Shown here piece after piece: positions 8,712 through 16,229 of a stretch of DNA of 32,433 bases. Position numbers and translations under genes: made by a program. The notes beneath the pieces are model-generated. The model searched no databases, was not told the origin of the DNA, and saw only the letters and a list, made by a program, of their open reading frames with translations. The stretch is from Candidatus Hydrogenedentota bacterium (GTDB lineage: Bacteria > Hydrogenedentota > Hydrogenedentia > Hydrogenedentales > SLHB01): contig DUZM01000001.1 in the NCBI GenBank assembly GCA_013349485.1, positions 1 through 32,433 of the forward strand. Direction: 5' to 3'. The first letter of the stretch is position 1. Every line of letters begins with the position of its first letter.

Positions 8712-9038
8712 GTGACATCGTCTGTTGGGGAATTCTTGGACTTATTGCCGCGTTCCATCGATCCTGCCATGTCGGCAAACGTAAGCGCGGTGTTTCAGTT
8801 CGTGGAGGAACGCAATGATGGGGTAGCGGTGTGGTCCGTCACCATTGCGGACGGTGCGGTCGATGTCGCTCGAGGTCGGGGCGCCAACTCGGATATTGCG
8901 CTCACGGCGTCCCGTGAGGCGTGGTCGGCCATGTTGTCGGGAGAATTGGACGCTCGGGAGGCCATCCTAATCGGTAAGCTGAAACTCGAGGGCGATGTGA
9001 CGCTGGTCATGCAGCTTCAGCGCATTTTCCGGTTGTAG
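8712..9038 (+). CDS. SCP2 sterol/lipid-binding domain protein
   Basis: 108-aa ORF with a GTG start. It shows the SCP2-type pattern (AVFQFVE..WSVTIADGAVDVARG..LSGELDAREAILIGKLKLEGDVTLVMQLQRIF). Confidence 0.7.
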   Translation: MTSSVGEFLDLLPRSIDPAMSANVSAVFQFVEERNDGVAVWSVTIADGAVDVARGRGANSDIALTASREAWSAMLSGELDAREAILIGKLKLEGDVTLVMQLQRIFRL

Positions 9039-9156
9039 CGGCGGTCGGAACATACGAGAGAACGTCGACATGGCCTTTGTGCTACTCATCGTGAAATCCC
9101 TGTTTCTTTGACAACGTCTTGCCCGCAAAGTTATCGCAGAGGAGGGAGATAGGGAG

Positions 9157-10125
9157 ATGCAGCGAATAGGGTGCTATCACGATACACCGGAAAAGCTCTC
9201 TCCCGATCCCCAGTATCTCCTTATCCGACTTTCTTACACTCTTTGGTTGGGGCGACGCCGCGTTGCGAAATCCGTATTGACTGCGTTCGGTGTGGCAATG
9301 GTTCTCTGCGTTTGCGGTTGCGGCGGCCGCGGATACCCGCCGCACCGTGCGTCGTCGGAGGACGTGGCGCTAACCACGTCGGATGGATTGACAATTGCCG
9401 CAACGGTGTATCGTGCGGGGCGATCCGCCCCGGCCGGACTTGTGTTGGTCCACATGCTGGGCACCGATCGGGAGAGTTGGGCGCCGTTCGCGTCGCAGGC
9501 CCAACAGGCCGGGTACATGTGCATTGCACTCGATCTGCGCGGCCATGGCGACAGCAAGAGGCAGGAGACAGGCCGCCTGTCTTACAAGAAATTTACCCGC
9601 GAGGATTGGTACGCCGCGTTGAACGATATCGCCGCAGCCAAGCACATGTTACTCAGCGAGGGGGCCGATCCGGATAACCTTGCGGTCGTTGGCGCAAGCA
9701 TCGGCGCCAACCTCGCGCTTAACTACGCGGTGGCCGACGGCGACATTCAGGCCGTCGTGCTGGTTTCGGCTGGGTTGGACTACCAAGGCATTGCGACCGA
9801 AGCGGCAATGCAAGTCTACGGCCGTGAACGCCCCGCATTATTGATAGTAGCCCGGGACGACGCCTATGCGGCGGAATCGTGCCGTGCGCTGCAAGCGGCG
9901 TCGCCGGGTTTCTGCGAACTGCGGGAATATCCTGGGGCGGCCCACGGCACGAATCTGCTCGATGCGTCGGACGGCGCCGTTGATCAGGTTCTTCATTGGC
10001 TCGACGCGGTCATTGGCGCGGGGGCCGGCACTGGCGGGCAAGCCACCAGTGGCACCCGTGGACCCGGGGACTCGCGCGGGCGAAAACGAGAAGCCCTTGC
10101 CGGCGGATTGAGGGACTCGGCATGA
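9157..10125 (+). CDS. Alpha/beta hydrolase, probable lipoprotein
   Basis: Strong SD GGAGGGAG lies before ATG 9157. RRRVAKSVLTAFGVAMVLCVCGCGG is a signal/lipobox-like segment. Other motifs are the HG-type motif LVLVHMLG, the nucleophile elbow GASIG and a distal AAHGTN His. A later TTG start at 9247 is possible. Confidence 0.75.
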   Translation: MQRIGCYHDTPEKLSPDPQYLLIRLSYTLWLGRRRVAKSVLTAFGVAMVLCVCGCGGRGYPPHRASSEDVALTTSDGLTIAATVYRAGRSAPAGLVLVHMLGTDRESWAPFASQAQQAGYMCIALDLRGHGDSKRQETGRLSYKKFTREDWYAALNDIAAAKHMLLSEGADPDNLAVVGASIGANLALNYAVADGDIQAVVLVSAGLDYQGIATEAAMQVYGRERPALLIVARDDAYAAESCRALQAASPGFCELREYPGAAHGTNLLDASDGAVDQVLHWLDAVIGAGAGTGGQATSGTRGPGDSRGRKREALAGGLRDSA

Positions 10126-11030
10126 CGTTAACGGCGATCGTACTGCTCGTCGTGGCGGCGTTTGTGCATGCCGGGTGGAACCTTCTTACTAAACACGCGC
10201 ATCCGACGGCCGCCTTTTTCCTGGTTGCAAACACGTTCGGCTGCCTGTGTCTTGCGCCTGTGCTCCTCCTTTATGGGAACGTCGCGGCGGCTTTCCCGGC
10301 GCGCGTTTGGGTGTTGCTGGCGGGGACGGGATTCTGCCTGGCTGTGTATATGGCCACGCTTGCGGGCGCGTACCGGACGGGTCATTTGTCCATTGCCTAT
10401 CCTATTGCCCGGTCGGCGCCCGTCGTGGTTGTCGCGGGAATCACGTTCGCGTTGGGCAAAGGACACCAGATTACGCCTCAATGCCTCTTCGGGATCCTAC
10501 TTGTGGCGGGAGGGTGTTTCGCGCTGCCGATGAGGCGGTTCCGCGACTTTCGCGCAAGGAACTACCTGAACCTTTCCTGCTTGCTGGCCCTTGCGGCGGC
10601 GTTCGGCACGGCAGGCTACATGCTGATCGACGATGAAGCCCTGCGACGCCTCCGCGAGGCGCCGGGGCTTTCGGCGGGCCCCGCGCAAGCGACTATTGTA
10701 TATGCCTTCTTCGAGGGACTAAGTTCCTCGGCGTGGCTGGCGCTGTATGTGTTGCTGCGAAAGAACAGGCGGTCGCGCGTCCATGAGGTCATTCGGGCCA
10801 GCGGCCGTCACGCCGCGCTCACCGGTATCGGCATGTACGTCGCGTACACGCTTGTGCTCCTCTCGATGGCGTTTGTGGCGAACGTGAGCTACGTCGCCGC
10901 GTTCCGTCAGTTGAGCATACTTTTCGGCGCGGTCTTCGGCGTCGTCATCCTCAAAGAACCCCGCCACGTCCCAAAATTCGTCGGCGTGGCCTTCATGTTC
11001 CTTGGTCTTGTGCTCGTCGGAACGGGTTAG
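10122..11030 (+). CDS. EamA/DMT-superfamily transporter
   Basis: About 10 predicted TM helices, with N-terminus MTLTAIVLLVVAAFVHAGWNLLTKH. ATG 10122 overlaps the hydrolase TGA (ATGA). The ORF-track start at 9996 lies inside the upstream gene. Confidence 0.8.
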   Translation: MTLTAIVLLVVAAFVHAGWNLLTKHAHPTAAFFLVANTFGCLCLAPVLLLYGNVAAAFPARVWVLLAGTGFCLAVYMATLAGAYRTGHLSIAYPIARSAPVVVVAGITFALGKGHQITPQCLFGILLVAGGCFALPMRRFRDFRARNYLNLSCLLALAAAFGTAGYMLIDDEALRRLREAPGLSAGPAQATIVYAFFEGLSSSAWLALYVLLRKNRRSRVHEVIRASGRHAALTGIGMYVAYTLVLLSMAFVANVSYVAAFRQLSILFGAVFGVVILKEPRHVPKFVGVAFMFLGLVLVGTG

Positions 11031-11098
11031 GACCCTGGGCAAAGGCCCGCGCCCAGCAACGAGAAGCATTCATTCGTTTCTGGCGCTTGGCCTCTGGC

Positions 11099-11494
11099 TC
11101 ACTGAAGCTTGTCAACCTCCTCGGAAACCCGCCGGACGAAATTCCTCGCTTCCTCAAACCAGGACTCGACTTCGTCATGCGCAAAGGAGATCAAGTCTTC
11201 ATAATCCCCTTGGTGCCGGTATTTGAAGAGGTCCCGATAGAAGTGCGCCATCTCGATTGGGAGTCTTCCGTTCTTTATCCAGTGCCTATCAAACAGAGAA
11301 CGAACGCCTGTGTGTTTGGCTGAGCGAAATCCCTCGGCCAAGAGGAGTGCGGAAACCGCGTAGAAACAAGCGTAATACACTCGGTTTACAGCGCTGCGTA
11401 AGTAGCCGCTTTGTAAACACGCTTCCGCCGCTTGGAGACTTTCACGCGATTGATCGAGTCGGTAGCGAACGTATTCACTTTTTTCAGCCATCAC
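11099..11494 (-). CDS. HEPN domain protein (toxin of an MNT-HEPN pair)
   Basis: 131-aa helical protein with a HEPN-like pattern (AVNRVYYACFYAVSALL..FKYRHQGDYED). It overlaps the upstream MNT gene by 4 nt (ATGA). Confidence 0.8.
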   Translation of the reverse strand: MMAEKSEYVRYRLDQSRESLQAAEACLQSGYLRSAVNRVYYACFYAVSALLLAEGFRSAKHTGVRSLFDRHWIKNGRLPIEMAHFYRDLFKYRHQGDYEDLISFAHDEVESWFEEARNFVRRVSEEVDKLQ

Positions 11495-11868
11495 AGGACG
11501 ATGCCGTCTTTTCTTACTTCGATATGAAATGGCATTGCCGGATGCTTATCCCACCGCCTTTTTGAGCAGTATAGCGTCGATAGAACGACCTCATGTGCCA
11601 GCTCCAAGTCATAGATTGCGTTGTCGACCGTCCGCTCCTCGTCTCTTGTGAGGGGCTTGTCTGTCAAGACGAGAATATCGTAGTCCGATTCGGGACCCCG
11701 AACACCTCGGGCCGCACTCCCGTAAAGCATTGCCTCCGCTGCGGGTAGAAGGGCCTGAATAACCCTTTTTATCTCGATTAGCAATTTCTTGTCCTGCTCA
11801 GAGAGGGCGTCTGCTTGTTCAAGTGTCTTCATCGCGGTCAGCCTCGATTCGAGCGGCGTTTGCTGCAC
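11491..11868 (-). CDS. Minimal nucleotidyltransferase (MNT antitoxin partner of HEPN)
   Basis: Pol-beta-type NTase motif LYGSAARGVRGPESDYDILVLTD. 125 aa, immediately upstream of the HEPN gene. Confidence 0.8.
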   Translation of the reverse strand: MQQTPLESRLTAMKTLEQADALSEQDKKLLIEIKRVIQALLPAAEAMLYGSAARGVRGPESDYDILVLTDKPLTRDEERTVDNAIYDLELAHEVVLSTLYCSKRRWDKHPAMPFHIEVRKDGIVL

Positions 11869-12033
11869 CTACAACCGCATTATACACCGTAAGGCCTGAC
11901 GGTGCACCGGCAAGTTGGGAACGGGTGTTCACAGCGTAGCCGCCGACTTACAGCAAGCGTCGTTCGGCAAGACAGCGATCATAGGGGGAATCGAGGAAAG
12001 GTCCAGGCCTCTCTGCTCAGAGGACTGCGGCAG

Positions 12034-12423
12034 TTAGTAGCGGATTTCCTCGACCTTGCTATCGAGCTGCTGGAACGTCTTGGCTTCAAGAACGCCGGAT
12101 TTCTGCACGGCAATCAAGAGTCGGTCTCTGCCGCGCGGCGTTCCGGCGGGAAGCCTATACACGGATCTTATGGGCACCCCGTTTACTGAGCCGCTCTCGA
12201 TGGTCACCTCGCCGTCGCGGCCGCCTGCAAGCACACGGCGGCGTTCGGGCAGTTCGGCAGAGTGGGATGCCTTGGGCGCTTCGATAATCACGAGTATTCG
12301 TTCGGAGTCTTCTACGTTCTCCATGTGATGGCCGTACTGCGCCAGCGCGCCGATAATGGCCTGTCGCAGTGCGCGGAGCTTTTCGGGGTCATATCCCGAA
12401 CTTGGCGGCCCGACTAGCCCCAT
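12034..12423 (-). CDS. Hypothetical protein (129 aa), no recognisable domain
   Basis: ORF downstream of the ECF sigma gene with plausible amino-acid composition but a weak RBS. It is in the same frame as an open stretch running back to about 12660, interrupted by TAA at 12469-12471. Confidence 0.4.
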   Translation of the reverse strand: MGLVGPPSSGYDPEKLRALRQAIIGALAQYGHHMENVEDSERILVIIEAPKASHSAELPERRRVLAGGRDGEVTIESGSVNGVPIRSVYRLPAGTPRGRDRLLIAVQKSGVLEAKTFQQLDSKVEEIRY

Positions 12424-12562
12424 TAAGGGCTCTTGGACTTTCAGGATGGTCTTGATTTGCTTGTCTGCTTAAGCCTGCAAAGCATCATGGAGTTCGCTGA
12501 TCGACGTGACGAAGGTCTTGGTCTCCTTCTCGTCTCGAGGAGGTATGCTCTCCTTGCTGGTG

Positions 12563-13024
12563 TCAGGGGCCTCGAAGTATGCCCCGGAAGGCCTCAGGAG
12601 GTCTTGCTGGAAGCCTTGCCGCGCCTTCCCGGTGCGTTGCCGAATACTTTTCCCACAGGTCTACCTCTTCTGCCGCCTCGGCACAATCGCCCGGGTTGCG
12701 GGAGGTATTGCCCGCATCGCCGACGCAGGGCGTTTCGACCGCAAGCACGCGGCGCTGTTTCGCTTGCCAGTTTGCCAATACATTGGCGACGATTCGATAC
12801 AGCCACGTCGAGAACGCAAACGCCGGATTGTAGGATTCGCCGTAACGGAATACGCGAAGAAACACCTCTTGGCGCAAATCTTTCGCGGCGTCGGGATCTC
12901 GGGTGGCCTTTGTCAGGAACGTTAAGACGCGGCGGTCCCATCGCCGCACCAACTCGCCAAACGCCTTTCCGTCTTGGTCGCGGCGGACTCGCGACATCAA
13001 CGCCCGATCATTTTCGTCGCGCAT
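12563..13024 (-). CDS. ECF-type sigma-70 family factor, apparently truncated at the start of region 4 (possible pseudogene or frameshift)
   Basis: Region 2 signature DLRQEVFLRVFRYGESYNPAFAFSTWLYRIVANV. The ORF ends just after LPARPPEAFRGIL (region 4 entry motif LPxxxRxxFxL) and has no 4.2 helix-turn-helix. It is 153 aa. Confidence 0.65.
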   Translation of the reverse strand: MRDENDRALMSRVRRDQDGKAFGELVRRWDRRVLTFLTKATRDPDAAKDLRQEVFLRVFRYGESYNPAFAFSTWLYRIVANVLANWQAKQRRVLAVETPCVGDAGNTSRNPGDCAEAAEEVDLWEKYSATHREGAARLPARPPEAFRGILRGP

Positions 13025-13167
13025 CGTCGTCCGTGAACGCTGCTGCGTTTTGCTTCATTCTCTGGTTAATATATACTTCATGTTACTGGGATTCGACGAA
13101 GGGGACCTGGTTTTCTTGGCGAGGGCAGCGCTTGGGTTTCCCGGGCAACAACGATCGAGGCCGGCGC

Positions 13168-13200
13168 AAAAAAAAGGCGCTACAGCGTTTGCTATAGCGC
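13168..13200 (-). terminator. Rho-independent terminator (orphan, no annotated upstream gene)
   Basis: The minus strand reads GCGCTATAGC-AAAC-GCTGTAGCGC. This is a 10-bp stem with one G-U pair and a 4-nt loop, followed by C and T8 (13175..13168). Confidence 0.7.
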
Positions 13201-13775
13201 ACTCAAGGAGGTAAGACCCTGGGATAAGTCGGTCGCGCGGCGACGGGATTTTCGCCCCAACTGATCCTCTCTAGAGGTCTTATTTGGAAAGTGACATCCG
13301 TGTCGTTCCCGCCGCGACCTCCGTGTCTTGGCTTTCGCACTATGTTTATCGGCAGGTGGCCGGGAAACTTTAGCGCGGCTTGCTGATCGAGGGCAAGGGG
13401 CGCCTGCGGGTAAAGCCGGCGCCTGTTAGCCTCTTAAGACGAGGGATTATGACGACTTGAACGACGCGCGGCGACAGCGACGGCCCTTCGCGGGACGGGT
13501 CGTCGGCCAACGCGCTCCACGCTAGTGGCAAGAGTGCACTTGGGGCTGGCGTGCCCTTCTTATTTGGGCCACTTCATGCTATGCTAGAGAGTGGCGGCAA
13601 CCCGACGAGGGCGGCAAGAGATTGTGTCGTCTTTGGCGGCGGCGATGGGGCGTTCTGAGGCCTGTGCCGCCTCGTAGGCCCGCGCGCGAGTGTGCTGAAT
13701 CGCGCTGACCGTAAGCGTTCTCCCGGCGTACAGGTCTTTAAGCATGCAGGCGACGATTGGATGGGAGGGGGCATT

Positions 13776-14351
13776 ATGGACGTTCAGCCAACCGATGCGT
13801 TGATTGTTGTTGACGTGCAGAATGATTTCTGTCCGGGCGGGGCGCTTCCCGTAGGCGGCGGGAATCAGATCGTGGGTCCCATCAACGAGTTTATGCCGAA
13901 GTTTCAGCACGTGGTTTTCACGCGCGATTGGCACCCGGCGGATCACTGCAGCTTCGACGGTACGCCCAAGTTTGTCGATGGAAGCTGGCCGGTTCATTGC
14001 GTGGCGGATTCCCCCGGGGCCGCCTTCCACGGGGATTTGCATGTGCCGCTCGATGCCTTCATCGTGGACAAGGGCACGGATCCCGACGTCGAGGCCTACG
14101 GCGGGTTCCAGGATACCGACTTGGCCGAGAAGCTTGCTGAATGGGGCGTCGAGCGCGTCTTTATCTGCGGCCTGGCCACGGACTACTGCGTGAAATGTAC
14201 GGCGTTCGGGGCGTTGGACCACGGTTTTGAGGTCGTCTTGGTGGAGGACGCGTGCCGGGGCGTGGATATCCCGGAAGGATCGGCCGATCAGGCCGTTACC
14301 GAGATGCGGGATGCGGGGATTCTGGTTTGTGTGTCGGGACAACTCGAATGA
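13776..14351 (+). CDS. pncA: Nicotinamidase/pyrazinamidase
   Basis: ALIVVDVQNDFCPGGALPV and catalytic-Cys context FICGLATDYCV. ATG 13776 is preceded by GGGAGGGGG. The ORF-track start at 13692 is over-extended. Confidence 0.9.
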   Translation: MDVQPTDALIVVDVQNDFCPGGALPVGGGNQIVGPINEFMPKFQHVVFTRDWHPADHCSFDGTPKFVDGSWPVHCVADSPGAAFHGDLHVPLDAFIVDKGTDPDVEAYGGFQDTDLAEKLAEWGVERVFICGLATDYCVKCTAFGALDHGFEVVLVEDACRGVDIPEGSADQAVTEMRDAGILVCVSGQLE

Positions 14352-15808
14352 GCGTTGCCGATTGGTACAGTCGAAAAGGCCTGGCGTTGTTTACCGATCT
14401 CTATGAACTCACCATGATCGCCGGGTATTGGAGGGAGGGGCGGGCCAACGTTCCGGCGTGTTTCGAGTATTTTTTCCGTTCTCTTCCGCCGCACGCGGGC
14501 TTCGCGGTGGCGGCGGGTCTGGGTCCTTTCCTGGATTATCTCGAGAACCTTCGCTTCGAGGAAGACGACCTATCATATCTCCGTAGCCTGAAGTTGTTTG
14601 ACGGGGATTTTCTTGATTTTCTCAGGGATTTTCGGCCGACGTGTTCCGTGCGGGCGGTGGCCGAAGGCACGGTGGTGTTCCCGCAGATGCCGCTGGTGCA
14701 GGTCGAGGGGCCGATTTTGGCGGCGCAACTCGTTGAGACCGCCCTTCTAAATATGCTCAACTTTGCGACACTTATCGCCACGAAGACGGCGCGCATCTGC
14801 CTTGCCGCAGACGGCGAACCGGTTCTCGAGTTCGGCCTGCGGCGTGCGCACGGCCCGGACGGCGGGTTGAGCGGTTCGCGCGCGGCGTACATCGGCGGTT
14901 GTGTCTCGACCTCGAACGTCCTTGCGGGCAAGGTGTATGGCATTCCGGTGGCGGGCACCCAGGCCCACAGTTGGGTCATGAGTTTCCCGAGCGAACTCGA
15001 GGCTTTCCGGTGCTTTGCGCACCGTTATCCAGAGCGTTGTGTATTGCTCGTGGACACGTACGATACGATTCTGAGCGGGGTGCCGAACGCCATTACGGTG
15101 TTCAAGGAACTGCACGGGGAGGGCTATCGAACGCGGCCGGCAATTCGGTTGGACTCGGGCGATCTTGCCAAACTGAGCAAGATCGCCCACGAAATGATGC
15201 GGGATGCGGGGTTCGATGATCCGTTGATCGTGGGCTCGAACGATCTCGACGAGGATCTCATTGCCGATCTGAAACGCCAAGGGGCCAAGATCAATGCGTG
15301 GGGGGTCGGCACGCACCTGATAACGGCATACGATTGTCCGGCCTTGGGCGGGGTGTACAAACTCGTTGCGCTTTGTGAGAACGGGCAATGGCAGCCCCGG
15401 ATCAAAGTCTCTGCGAACATGGAAAAGGCCACGGAGCCGGGCCGCAAACGGGTTGTGCGGTACTACGACAAGGCCGGGCATCCCCTTGGCGACGTGATGT
15501 ATCAAGATTCAGAATCGTGGGCCGAGTCGGGCGTCATAGTAGGCCGGCGACGAAGCCAGCCTCATCTTAGGCGGCGTTTGAACAATGCGGCCCGCGCGGA
15601 AGAGCTGCTCCAGACTGTGTTTGAAAGGGGGCGGCGGGTCACGGATCCACCCCCGATCAATGAGATCCAACAGCGCGCGCGGGACCAAATTGCCTCGCTT
15701 CCCGAGGAATTCACCCGTTTGCGCAACCCGGAGATTTACCGCGTCATTCTCTCGCAGGCCACGGGGGACTTAAAAGAAGAGATGCTGGAGAAGCCCGAAC
15801 TCATGTGA
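14348..15808 (+). CDS. pncB: Nicotinate phosphoribosyltransferase
   Basis: N-terminus LFTDLYELTMIAGYW..FEYFFRSLP, plus GTQAHSW and DTYDT motifs. ATG 14348 overlaps the pncA TGA (ATGA). Confidence 0.9.
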   Translation: MSVADWYSRKGLALFTDLYELTMIAGYWREGRANVPACFEYFFRSLPPHAGFAVAAGLGPFLDYLENLRFEEDDLSYLRSLKLFDGDFLDFLRDFRPTCSVRAVAEGTVVFPQMPLVQVEGPILAAQLVETALLNMLNFATLIATKTARICLAADGEPVLEFGLRRAHGPDGGLSGSRAAYIGGCVSTSNVLAGKVYGIPVAGTQAHSWVMSFPSELEAFRCFAHRYPERCVLLVDTYDTILSGVPNAITVFKELHGEGYRTRPAIRLDSGDLAKLSKIAHEMMRDAGFDDPLIVGSNDLDEDLIADLKRQGAKINAWGVGTHLITAYDCPALGGVYKLVALCENGQWQPRIKVSANMEKATEPGRKRVVRYYDKAGHPLGDVMYQDSESWAESGVIVGRRRSQPHLRRRLNNAARAEELLQTVFERGRRVTDPPPINEIQQRARDQIASLPEEFTRLRNPEIYRVILSQATGDLKEEMLEKPELM

Positions 15809-16096
15809 CGGCGCACGGGGGCGCCCAGCAAGCAAGGCCGCGACCTGCAAACGTTTCCGGTGGCCAAGCTCCATTCATTGGCGTCAATATGGCACATTCT
15901 GCCGTGTTTGGTGAAAATATGTGCACCGCCCGGCGGAAAACATTGTTCAACCTTGACTAATGTTTATTATTTGGTAACATATGGGGCGTGCACAACTCGA
16001 AAGAGGTATCCAGCATCTAGTAGGAAACGAGCACGCTTGCAATATCTTGTGTTCTTTTCGTGTTAACTATGACATGGGACGCGTGTGGCGTGCTTG

Positions 16097-16112
16097 GGCA
16101 CGGAACTTGCTG
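16097..16112 (+). promoter_or_regulatory. Sigma54 (-24/-12) promoter
   Basis: GGGCACGGAACTTGCT compared with the consensus TGGCACG-N4-TTGCW. The GG and GC are exactly 10 nt apart, and only the first T is mismatched. It lies 118 nt upstream of GTG 16230. Confidence 0.65.
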
Positions 16113-16229
16113 GAATAGACGCAACACACGCGGAAAGCTGCGAAAACCGCAACTTAGCAAAGTTTGTTTGCCAGGATAGGGCTTGTCGGGGAACGGTCGA
16201 TATGTCCAGATTCCAGGGGGGAAGATCAA

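Noticed and set aside
9996-10121. ORF-track N-terminal extensions (9996 for the transporter; likewise 13692, 14252, 21773, 25069, 25797 and 26784)
   Set aside because: The extensions lie inside the upstream genes. Internal ATGs with an SD or a 4-nt stop/start overlap give canonical N-termini, signal peptides or TM anchors.
12433-13197. 254-aa plus-strand ORF across the ECF sigma region
   Set aside because: It is antisense to the sigma region-2 signature and has Arg/Pro-rich composition.
13206-13211. Perfect AGGAGG Shine-Dalgarno on the plus strand
   Set aside because: No ATG, GTG or TTG lies within a usable distance, and the only nearby CTG frame stops after two codons. It is better read as CCUCC on the minus-strand candidate RNA.
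13584-15505. Minus-strand ORFs 13584..14342 and 14747..15505 (252 aa each)
   Set aside because: They are antisense to pncA and pncB, which have unambiguous catalytic motifs.
15890-15904. TGGCAC hexamer (TGGCACATTCTGCCG)
   Set aside because: No TTGC lies at the correct distance, so it is not a functional -24/-12 arrangement.
15860-16066. 68-aa plus-strand ORF in the AT-rich region upstream of the sigma54 promoter
   Set aside because: It has a non-ATG start, no RBS and odd composition. The region is better explained as promoter or enhancer DNA.
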